Source: Takakia lepidozioides
Lineage: Eukaryota; Plantae; Bryophyta
NCBI GenBank assembly: GCA_030704615.1
Contig: CM060731.1
Location: 5,890,001-5,954,000, forward strand
Direction: 5' to 3'
Length of the DNA: 64,000 nucleotides
A program made the translations under genes and the position numbers. This document shows, one piece after another, positions 11,295 through 21,983 of the stretch (its first letter is position 1; every line of letters starts with the position of its first letter). A model generated the notes under the pieces. That model saw only the letters and a list, made by a program, of their open reading frames with translations, made no database searches and was not told the origin of the DNA.

Positions 11295-13753
11295 TAGCTG
11301 TCCTTGTATGCGAAGCCTGGCTATGAGGTTTGTCTGGGAAATGCGGCACCGCATTCGCATTTTTATGTTCTCGGTTGCACTCTACGAGTACGTTGGTCTC
11401 AACTTTTGCTCACGCATGCTGACTGCCCTGCAGGTATATGAAATACGTGCTTCTTCAGACAGGGGCCCTGGCTCAAGAGCCCCCGTTCTTCATGGCTTGG
11501 ACCGTGGCGGCCCAAGCTGTGTCTACACACCAAGATGCAGAAACATGGCACGCCGCGCATCTCGTTGGATGCCCGTGGTACCTGGACATGTCTGGCGGAA
11601 TTGTTGACGAGTTGAGAAAGATCTGCACGCGAAAGCAAGAAGAAGAAAGGAAATACGTGTCCCTACTCGGCCAGAGTCGGCAAAGGAAGTTGCTGCTCTG
11701 GAACAATCCAGAAAGGCAGCTGAGATGGCACAGAAGACGTGGATGCAGCTGTGCAGGCTCCAACAGAAGGGGTCGAAGAAGCGAACTTGCCAGCAAGGAG
11801 CAGCAGTTGTGACACCCAAGAAAACGAAGAAGCAGAAATAGATAGTGCAGGAAGAGGGTGAGGAAGAGGACTCCGATGGAGACTTTTGCAACCAGCCCAC
11901 CCCCCGAAACGCAGCCGAAATCCCCTGTGCCCACCATTGTCACGAGAGGGACAAGAACTGGCTCGGCAAAGAAGGCACTTCAACCCCCCGGGGGCACCCT
12001 TTCGAGCCGGTGGAAATGAAGAGGCCCGAAAGTGGATCCCGATACAGTAGTCCAGTGTGTAAATGAGAGTTTCTTGGCGGCTTTGGATGGACGGGCAGCC
12101 AAGTTGGCATACATGAAGACCATGGAGGGTCTGAAGGGCAGAGCACTGAAGAAGGTGGCTGCCGAAGAGCCTTCCGACACCCCTGGGTTTCTGAAGATGG
12201 TCTCGTTCTTTGAGAGAGGGTGGTGTGCAGACAAGGATTGCAGGAGGGCGGAAATGCCACCGAGTGGTCTTGCGATATGATCATCTTGGATATTTCCGGA
12301 CGGAGAGCCTGTGGAAGGACTGCAAGCTTTGCCATCTTGGAACAGGTACTTCGAGGACTTTTGGAAGAAAGGATTCGGCCTCGCCCGCATGTGTTGGACG
12401 ACAGAGGCTGTGTGGTTGTCCTGGCGAGCAGAGGCAAAAACACGCAAACAGGAATTGCGAAGTGGACCCGCAAGAGCGCCGTCCCAATTCTGAAGAAGAA
12501 GTGGACGTGCATCAACACATTGGGCCTTCGGTCGGAAGGGAAGAAGGTAATTACGACATTGGCACTCGTCCTTCATTTTCTTACGAGTTTTTGAAATGCG
12601 GTGCCGCATTCAATTTCTAATCATTCCCCACTGTGTATGCAGACAAAGCAGTTCGATGCATACTGCTTTGTGAAGGAGAACTCCACCTTTGCTTTCCGGA
12701 AGGAGGGATTGTTGTTGACCCGAACTGCGACCCCATCGATTACGACGTCTTGTTCAACAACGTTCCCAGAGAACTTCTCCCTCATAGCCTCACTTCAACG
12801 GAACCCTTGCGGTATTCACGGACTCGGAGCCCTGCCTTCATTCAGACAATTATGGAGACATGCACTGGCGTGGAGGGCACAGTGCTCGACCTCATCTGGG
12901 ACAGGTATGCAGAATCTTGTTGTATGTTTTCTGCAAATTCTCGTTATGCTTTAATTCGCAACATCTGAAGGGCCATGTCATAATGTGTGGATGGCATTGT
13001 AACAGGTGCCTCAATGTGGCTGGGCGGTTTTCCGACCGACCTCTTTGCCTACGAGGAGACACAATCCGTCTGGGGATCCCATCTGGAAGGGCTGCAACGG
13101 AATGTGAAGGCTCCCATCGAAGCTAAAGATTCCTCGGATTCCTCGGAGTCGGAGGAAGAGACAATGGACATTGATGCCGAGGAGAACCCGGAATACGAGT
13201 GAGTGCAAACATTGTAAGTTTGCAAGCCTTCTGGGTTTTTTCAAACGCATTTCCGGACTGTGGTTCTTATTGGTCTCGTTGGTGATTGTTATGTGCAGGA
13301 TTCCAAGATCCGGGTCGAAACATGTAGGGCCTACACTTCCTGCCAGGAAGAATGTCCCGTTCTTTGCGAGGGGCGACTTCATGACGAGCCCGGTGAAGGA
13401 CTACTCCCTTCCTAGTTATGCAGCTAAACTCGCAAATACAGCGATTAGACGATGATTGAGAATCCCAGTAAAGTAGAGCAGATTTTGGAGAGGGCTAGGG
13501 GAGACAGAAGGATAAGGAAAGAGTTGGCAACAGCTGAGACAGGTAGACGGTGCGAAAGTTCATATGTGATTCAGTGGATGAGAGCGATGCAGACAGGGAG
13601 GACGACGAGCCAACGGAGGTGAGATGGTCGGTTCCGCAAGGTGAAGACGGGATTTTCGAAAGCCTGGCCAACGAGCAGTCCGCTGGAGATGAGAAAGGCA
13701 ATGACGGGGTAGAGGCAGAGCAGGACGACGATAGTGATGATTTTCAAGATTAA
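11295..13753 (+). pseudogene. 3' half of the ParB-domain gene: beta-class N4C/N6A DNA-methyltransferase-like domain and acidic tail
   Basis: Removing the LTR element restores the frame (MRIV|SCPCMRSLAM-intron 11328-11433-RYMKYVLLQ). With single-base frame corrections the sequence reads CDMIILDIPDG..LPSWN (motif IV-like, 12271-12330), FGLAR.VLDDRGCVVV, then RSPAFIQTIMETCTGVEGTVLDL.SGTG (motif X/I-like, about 12825-12904), an intron, and ASMWLGG...DLFAYEE. The 3' end at the acidic ORF 13550-13753 is tentative. Confidence 0.6.
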
Positions 13754-13889
13754 TAGAATTTTAATGAACTCTCTGTATATTTAAATTATATTCCAGAGTA
13801 TATAAAGGAAATTCTCCCCGTCCTTCATGTCCCCTCTCCCATGTGCTTCTCAACGACAACATCGTCCAAACCTGGTCCCTCCCAAAATC

Positions 13890-14742
13890 GGAAATGCGGC
13901 ACCGCATTTCAATGTCGAACGGAAATGTGCAACTGCAAAAACCTCCTTGGAAATGCGGCACCGCATTTCCAAAACCGGGGCAAGAACAATTTTCTGTTTC
14001 ATGGTTTGGACATCAGAAACTGTTCGGCCGAACGGAAATGCGGTGTCGCATTTCCGTTTTCGACACAGCAGTTTTGCCGATTGCCAGCTCCTTCCATGGA
14101 CGTAAATGGAAATGCGGAGCTCGAACATGGAAATGCAGTGCCGCATTTACATTTTTGGAGATGGACATTTTTCCAACTGCAGACCCATCGACGGAAATGC
14201 GCTCCCCATTCCATGATGCTAGACAGGAATGCGGCACCGCATTCCATTTTCCAATAAGAAATTCGATGACGTACATGGGAAATGCGGCGCCGCATTTCCA
14301 GAACGGACATCATTGTTTGTCCAATTCCAGACCCTTTGACGGAAATGCGGCAACGCATTACATTGTTATATAAAAACTTTCAATTGTCAAACATGGAAAT
14401 GCGGCGCCGCATTTCCAAAACAGACATCGTTGTTTGTCCAATTCCAGACCCGTGTGGGCATTCCGTCTTGTTGGACGGAAATGCGGCACCACATTCCATT
14501 GTCCAATACGAAATTTTGATGACGGACATGGAAATGCGGTGCCGCATTTCCAGAACGGACATCGTTGTTTGTCCAATTCCAGACCCTTCGACGGAAATGC
14601 GGTGCCGCATTTCATTGTCCTACGAATTTCGATGACGGACAGGAAATGCGGTGCCCGCATTTCAGTATGGACATGGACAAGCATTACCGACTGACATGCT
14701 CGGACAATTCAAGGAATATGGAAATGCGGTGCCGCATTTCCA
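13890..14742. repeat. Second array (about 16 copies) of the GGAAATGCGG-YR-CCGCATTTCC palindrome
   Basis: Copies at 13890, 13949, 14034, 14129, 14226, 14278, 14341, 14395, 14477, 14530, 14593, 14642 and 14720. Spacings of 63, 54, 53 and 63 bp in the regular part. Confidence 0.93.
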
Positions 14743-15036
14743 ATTCGAAGTATGGTAATGCCATGTCAAGAAATGAAATGTTGTACAACATTTCCGTTAG
14801 GACCACAACAGATCAGGACTCTGTTATCGCTGACTATGGTATATTCATATGGACAGACACATTGTAGAAATGAGACCACAAATTGTAAACAGTGGGCCAA
14901 TTACGGCAGTTCTTGAACACGCTGAAACACAAGCACACAGAAGTGAGGTACGATGGGTTGTTCTATTGATCGAACACGGTGTCTCACATTTAGCAACTCC
15001 AGACAAATCTAAGCCATTCCTCCTTCTACATGGGCG

Positions 15037-15688
15037 TCACCAAGTCGACGGAACTTCGATAGCCCTCAAAACAAGCTCATTACTGAAGCGGCACCTCGAG
15101 GTAAACTGCAATGCGGTCGATCTGGTGCCCTTGGTGGAGCTGACGACAATGTCATGCCCATCAATCATACCACCATCATACATTGGCAAGGTCACTGTGG
15201 GCCTCATGTGCCCGTGCGATTCGTCTTCGCAACTCAGCCAAATGTCTCCATACACTGGAAGAGCGGAGTGAACTCCATGAATATAGTTTTCCCCGGTGCC
15301 GTCCTCCCTGGTCCACTGGCAGCACCAAAGTGAGGCCGTGCGTGATCTGTCCGGCATCCCATTCCACCTTGGTATATCGAGGTCAACAATTTTCAGGACC
15401 CACGGACCGCATTGACCCCCGCCCTCACGCTCAAAGCGGTAATTAGCCCTCCAAATACTCCATGCGCGCAAAGACTCCCGCTTGATTCCAGAAGCGTCTG
15501 TGAAAACAGAGAGCCAGACAATGATGTCTCCTGATTTCTGGTTTGAACATAGCATAATCGTGGCCATGATAAGGGCAGTCAGCAGGATTTCGACGGCACG
15601 GCATCGTTGGAAAGAGTAGCGGAGTACGCTCAATGACAGCAGCTCCGGAATGGAGGAGGCAGCAGCCGCGGTGGCTGAAGAAGTTCAA
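15037..15688 (-). pseudogene. Orphan cargo protein family member 1 (unknown function), frameshifted
   Basis: MPC.R...DCPY.G.DYAM, SGDIIVW, VLKIVDLDIP, CCQWTREDGTGENY, PVYGDI and YDGGMIDGHDIVV, shared with 16044-16700 and 45389-45936. Confidence 0.6.
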
Positions 15689-16043
15689 GCAAACACTTGC
15701 AATTCCTCACAAACACTCCAGGGCACATTTAAATTTCCCCCCCTACAGGAACCTGCACGGATGAAGATTGGCTGCCCATGAATGTAGCCATTTCAGTTTC
15801 CTTCCCTGCCATGCAAACTATGGGCAAGTAAGTGCCAGGTGGGCCTATAGCCACTTGAGATGACGAAGTCCATCCCCCCTTCGATGTAAATGCGGCGCCG
15901 AATTTCCATCCGAGGGATGGACTTCGGTGACAGATTTCAAACTATACCCCGTGGGATGAGAAAGAGGTATCGGTTTTATCCACCGCTGGCTGATGAACAC
16001 GTTACACGATGATTGGGGGTACTGGTGGGTACGTGGGACCCAG

Positions 16044-16700
16044 ATGCTCCATTATTGGAGCCCGCACTGCTCTTCCGCTTCTCATCATTTCGAAAATCTA
16101 AGGGCTTCGTTGTTGTCCGCAAGGTCATTGTCATCGGCATCAAAGACGTCCTCAGGTCCTCCTTTGCAAGGATGCCGTGCTTCCGGAACCGAGACGACTG
16201 CCCTTATGGAGGCTTCGATTATGCAATGTATTCGGCCACATCGGGAGACATCGTTATTTGGTACACAGTTTACACATAAGATACTGGTTCGAATGTGGAA
16301 ACATTGTCTGCTTTTGAGTATATCCCAGGCCACTACGCCTTCGAGCGGGGTGACGATCTTGGTCTGAGGAGTCCGGCTCTTGCGCATCCTTGATTCCGAT
16401 TTTCCCAGCTACGACGGGCACCCATGCAGAAGAATGCGCACTGCTATGCTGTTGCGGTGGAACTGCTGCCAGTGGACGTGGGTGGACTCCATCGGAGAGA
16501 CGTATACTCCTAAAGGAGTGCGCTCCTCTTCTCCATTGTATGGGGACATTCGCATTGGTGTGGACGACGAAAACGTGAAGCTTTCCATATTCGATGGTGG
16601 TATGATTGAAGGGCGACATTGTGGTGAACATCAACAGTGGCGGTACAACGGCTGCAATCCAGTTTACTTGGAGGAGCCGGATGACTCATGAGCTAGTTCT
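16044..16700 (+). pseudogene. Orphan cargo protein family member 2, head-to-head paralogue of member 1
   Basis: MPCFRNRDDCPYGGFDYAM..SGDIVIW, LRILDSDFP, RWNCCQWTWVDSIGETY, PLYGDI and FDGGMIEG; contains a stop and frameshifts. Confidence 0.6.
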
Positions 16701-18269
16701 CAGAGCAGTCAAAGTCCCATTGACAACGTGACTTGTATTCAGAAGGCACAGGGCTAAAGATTTGTTTGCACAATCAGCACAGTAGACGTGCTTCAAATGC
16801 AATTCATGTGGATCAATAAAAACCCCATGTGCCCTCTTTTTGTTCTATTTTGTATCCATCGTTCCCAGAATGCATCATTCCTCATTTCGTTTGGGATTGG
16901 GAGTGTGGGTGGATTTTGCAAATGGCTGGTAGGCTGAAATGGCCCCCCATTGTACAGAGCAGTACCACCCTACCATTCGCGAAACATTGCCTTTCAATAT
17001 GTAATTCTAAAAAACATTGCCGAACCTCCTTCATCGGGAGGTCCTTCTCCCCCTATGACCGTGACACCCTAAACCCTATCCCCGCGGACACTCATTTCCG
17101 GAAAATAGTCCTGCTCATGTTTTTTTCGACACTTACGACTCTGCTCATGGCTCATGCCGCTCATGGCTCATGGCTCATGAAATAGCAACCCCCGGCTGTG
17201 GTCATGGTTGAGGTGCCTGATTTTATCAACTGTGCCGTTGTAGCTGCTGCCTTTAGTTGACCATCTACGCATGTAGGTTTCTTGTAGCTATTGATCCAGA
17301 GGGAACTATACGTAATCTTAGTGCTTGAAATCTGGCCCTCTTGGATGAATCTGGACCCACACTCTATTCCTTCTCCTTTAGCTATCCATGCCTCTGCACA
17401 AATCATGCATTCATCTTTCCCTTGCTGCTAGCAGCTGACAATGACAACCTAGGAAACACCCAATCATACTAGTTCGTATGCTGAATTGCGTCTGCTACTC
17501 TCTGTCAGCTAACAGGGATTCAACTTTTTGCCTCGGTTGTCCCACCATTGACTGGGGTCAACAAAGTATTCATTCCATACCTTCTCTCTGTTACCTGTTT
17601 TTGGATACTTTCCTGTTATCACATTGGCAATATCATGTCAAAGTCACTCCAAACCAGATTCACTCAACCAGCTAACTTGCAGAATTCAACATGGAATTTA
17701 GGGCCGATTCTGAGAAGAGGAAAAAACAGGGTGAAATGTGTTGAAGAAGGTGCCTGAACATTAGCAGTGCCTTGTTCTATCATTTGTGCTGCTGCCGCTG
17801 CTGTTTCCAGTTGACCATCTACCCAACGACCTAACTTGTAGAATTCAATATGCATCTCAGGGCCGAGTCTGATGAGAGGGCAAAACAGGCTGAAAATAGG
17901 TCGAAGAAGAAGGTGCCCTCACCACATTGTCCTTGACCTTGTGGCATGATCCATGGAGGATTTGACCATCAACCCAAAAGGACCCCTTGTGTGTGCTACT
18001 TGTGTCAGGTGATGTCGGATTGGTCTGTGAGAACCAACACGGTGCAACTGAGCAGGTATAGATTGAAACACAACCTGCTAAGACCGAGCTGACTCTCCCA
18101 AGAACCTTGTAAACATAATGAGGAAGAATATCAAATCATGGTACTAACAGGAGCCAAGAGCCCACATGTGAAGGATGGACAAACTTCTTCACATCGTACA
18201 TTAAGAAAAAGCCACACCTTGCGATTGCGGTTGTCCCACCATCGTGAGTGACATATGAATGACATATGG

Positions 18270-18800
18270 TACAATTCCAGCTTTGACGATGTCACCATGG
18301 ACCTCTTTCCCCTTTTCCAGAGCTCCCAGGCTTGCACACATTGCAAAACACAAACAAATGTGATGTGGTTGGGCTTCACCCCTTTGCGCAGAATCTGCTC
18401 ATAGGTCTCAAAAGCATTCCTCCCACACCCATGCTTGGTAAATCCTGCCAACATTATATTCCACGTGATCAAGATCGTTGAGGCATTCTGTTGAATGCTT
18501 GGTGAGCATCCACGATGCTCCCGCCCTTAACGTACATGTTGACAAGGGTGTTGAGTAGAAAAACATTTGGCGCGAATCCACTTTGGATAATGTGCGTGTG
18601 CACCTGCTTTCCAACTTCCAGACCTTTCATCTTGATGCACTTAGCAAGAGACAGACATAGGTATCTGAATCTGCTGAAATGCCTCCTTGGTTTAAAGTCT
18701 GTAGAGCCTCTGTTAGTTTGCTTGCCTCACAAAGCATCTTCACATGCGCAGAAGTGCTAGAAGAGGCATTGTGGACTCCCTCTCTCGAACCTCTTTCAGA
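18270..18800 (-). pseudogene. PLS-class PPR gene fragment
   Basis: GKQVHTHIIQSGFAPNVFLLNTLVNMYVKGGSIVDA, ITWNIMLAGFTKHGCGRNAFETYEQILRKGVKPNHITFVCVL and GKEVHGDIVKAG across frameshifts. Confidence 0.85.
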
Positions 18801-19025
18801 AGCTCGAGCACGCGGGGGCATCCCTTCCCCGCGCTACTTTTCAGGCATTTCGGGCAGGTTCCAAAGAAATTGACGACGACGATGACGTGTCTATGATGAC
18901 CTGTCTACGATGATGTGGCACCATGGCACCCTATTCCTGTTCTACGCTAAACTAGCTTCCGACCTTCGGTCCTCGCTAGAACTTTAGGTGAAAAAAAATT
19001 ATCCTAACGGGGTGATTTGAACGTA

Positions 19026-19130
19026 CTAGAGAACGGGCCGTGTTGGCCGATTCTGCCCTGTAAGCGGCCTTTGGGCGAGCCCTATGGCCGCGCAGAGGGC
19101 AGAGTCGGCCAAACACGGCCCGTTCACTGG
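19026..19130. repeat. Fold-back inverted repeat (about 35 bp arms)
   Basis: GAACGGGCCGTGTTGGCCGATTCTGCCCT pairs with AGGGCAGAGTCGGCCAAACACGGCCCGTTC. Confidence 0.8.
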
Positions 19131-19132
19131 CA

Positions 19133-19419
19133 TTAAAAGCAGGTGTGGCGTATTCTCGTCGCCACCTGGTGCAATATGATTGGGGTTCAATTATCCAATA
19201 TCGATTGCCCAGATTCAGGGCCCCTGAGAGGATATAAACGGGGCGAGCGGGAAGGCAGGCGGGATGATGGCTACTGGCTGATCACATGGACCTGGTGGTT
19301 GCTCTACCGTCCTCCGTGCATAATCGGCCATCGCTGCCGAATCGGCAGTAGACCTGGGTGGCCGATTCGGCCTGACAATTAGTCTAAAAAATGGCAGAAT
19401 ACGCCACACCTGCTTTTAA
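19133..19419. mobile_element. MITE-like element with 24-bp perfect inverted repeats
   Basis: TTAAAAGCAGGTGTGGCGTATTCT (19133-19156) and its exact reverse complement (19396-19419). Superfamily unclear (TA or TTAA TSD possible). Confidence 0.65.
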
Positions 19420-20451
19420 CGACTAGATAGACCAACTTGCCGTGTAGGATGACAACATTGGTTGAGCAGGGCCAGGTGTTGCTATCATGCAATTTCAAAT
19501 AATATTATCTAATATATAATGAATTGATTGAATTTGTGGGGATAGAAAATATACACACTATTTGAACATATATATTGCTTTGTCTACTCAACCAAAGCAT
19601 CATGACATTTCCGGTTTGCCTTGCTAGTCTGCTCAAATATTTTTGTGACCATACAACCACACGGTATTTAGTGAATTTCATCAAATTCCATATGAAAGAC
19701 AACAAACACCACATGCACACATACAATAAAAATTGCAGCATTCGAAAAATATGATACATGCAAATGATTTTCTCAATTCCAAAATGTTGAACAGTGAAGC
19801 ACTGAATATAGTAGCATATGCCTCAAGAGGAAAAAAAAAAAAAACCTCTTTAAATGGGGAGGCATGTCTATATCCTTTCCGGTGAAGGTTTTTACAAAGA
19901 TCTACACACACCCCCCCATGATGGAAATAGATAGTGACTAAATGGTAACAAAAATCACCACATCCGTTGACCGTAGACATGATCAATGGCCAAGTATGCA
20001 CCTATGGTAATCTAGTGATTTTTTGAGTGACTTAGGACGCGGATGATTTTGATTAGTGTTTTTTTCTGGTACAAAAAAAAAGGTTTTGTTGTTGTGTGGG
20101 TGAAGTTTTGACAATACAATGTGGCACCACATATCACAATGCGGCGAGGTAGATGATAGAACATCATGCATGGCAAGCCATTGGAAAATGGTACCAATGA
20201 TCATAAATTACTTGGAGGATTCATATTGCACAATTTGTTTGTCATTATCATGATAACAACAGTAACAATTGCAAGTAGTAACAATTGCAAGTATAATTGG
20301 TCTTGGTAGGTTGTAAACCTCGTCTAGGTTTAGAAATGAAATATAGTGTAGCGTAAAAACAGGTGATAGACCAAATCTTGTCGGATGTATGGGATGAAAA
20401 TGATCACTGGAAGGTTGCCATGATGAAGCTTTCAATTGTCGTTTTTCTTAA

Positions 20452-21637
20452 CCCTTAATTGTCAAACCGACCCCTTTTGGGTCGGTTAGGTTTCAGCCAT
20501 AACTTCCTGTGGTTAAGGCTGATTGGCCTTTTTTTTGGCTCAATGGACAGATAATCGGGTCCCCTTCATGGCATTGGCCAATTGGTCAATGCCTGAAGGG
20601 GTATGGGTCTGGACCAATTGGAAGGGGGCACACTCAGCTTTTTTAGGCCAATTTGGCCCCCCTAACCTGCCCAAGTTGCTGACATGGCAACTGTGGTCAG
20701 GTTAGGGTGACTGAAAGATACCAAGGTTAGGGCGGCACGCTCCCCCAAACCCTTTGATTGCCCAGCAGGGGCATGGCGCCCGGCGCAGGTCTGGGCCCTA
20801 GCCTGAATCCACGGCGATGGCAGCTCCGGCTAACGCCATGCAGGGCGGGCTGGAGGGAGTGCAGCCATGATGGCGGGGCTCGAGAAAAACGCCACGAGGG
20901 GTGGGCCAAACCTAGGGTGGGGGTTTGAGAGGGTTGAGGGTGGAGTGGCCCCCCATGAAAGCAGGGCCGTGTAGCCAGAGGAACTCCCAAACCCCGCGCC
21001 CTTCTGGGCTACGGCTCCAAATATCCTAGGCCTGCAGGCTATACCAAAGGTGTGCCATTTGAAGTCTTGGGCAGGGAATCTAAGGATGCGGTGCATTGGC
21101 TGATTGGCCTCAAAGTTTTTCGGGGACTTCATATGGAAGCCCATGACATTTCAACCGGAGGGATTAGGGATTGACCGGCTGAATTTTTTTGTATAATTTT
21201 AGGAAGAGAGATTTTGGCTTGCCCAAAGAAAATGACATATTTTGACCCCCCAATTTGTCACTACAAAGGAGCCCACTTGAGAACATTTCAGAAAAAACTG
21301 AAATTTTATGAGAATGTGTGTTATCAGGTATGGAACAACATTCTTGAGACTCTCAAATAGAAAAAAATAAAATGCCCAAATACAAGCAAAAAACTGCTTT
21401 TTTCGGCACCTAGTTCTTAGTGGAGATTTTTTGTTGTCCCCACTCTACACTTCATAATCTTCAGATCTGGCAGTTGGATTTTGGTGAAACTTTTTGTGGT
21501 AGGAGGTGGGGTAGGTGGGAAGTAATTCCAACGGTCAGTTTTACAGGGACACAAAGATTCTATAGATAATTTTTTTTTTGTGGGCCAGGGTCATGTTTTT
21601 CCACGAGAGGGTGAAAATGAGTTTTGACACTTAAGGG
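20452..21637. mobile_element. Non-autonomous piggyBac-like DNA transposon
   Basis: TTAA|CCCTTAATTGTCAAA ... TTTGACACTTAAGGG|TTAA: 15-bp TIR (14/15 match), CCC/GGG ends and a TTAA duplication. No transposase ORF. Confidence 0.75.
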
Positions 21638-21983
21638 TTAAACTGCGACAGTGTCTTGGATTTGTTGATCCATGCTCTCTTTGTTGCTCTAAACAGCCTT
21701 TACCCGTCCTGTGTTTGTCATAGCTTGACTACCCTTTCCTTAAATCTCGACTTGGTTGACTCCTAGAAAAAGCTGAAACCTGACTTTCTGCTTTGATGTC
21801 CTCTCACAAGGGTTTGGCCCCTCAGCATTGCTCTCTGATTTTTCATGACTTCTGCTACTGCAGCAGAACTGACACTTGGTTTCTTCAGTGCTATCTATGT
21901 AAATACCCTTGTTTTGCAAGAAGCCAAAGGTGTAAGCTTTTGTCATGTCAATACCTTTTACCTTCCCATTCTAAGGTATAGAC

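Larger units (their letters stand above)
1..17188. mobile_element. Large Mutator-like composite element, copy A (left part lies outside the window)
   Basis: Contains a minus-strand MULE transposase, two palindrome arrays, a ParB/MTase-like gene and orphan cargo genes. It ends in GCTCATGGCTCATGGCTCATGAAATAGCAA (to 17188), a motif also found at 46836 and, inverted, at 55371. Treating all of this as one element is an inference. Confidence 0.65.

Noticed and set aside
4450-13753. Bacterial or phage contamination as the source of the ParB/MTase-like sequence
   Set aside because: The gene has GT-AG introns, is interrupted by a plant chromovirus, and is contiguous with plant genes.
17200-17900. Two short related segments (VDGQLKAAA / VDGQLETAAA on the minus strand)
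   Set aside because: A local duplication is visible, but there is no sustained ORF or recognisable family.
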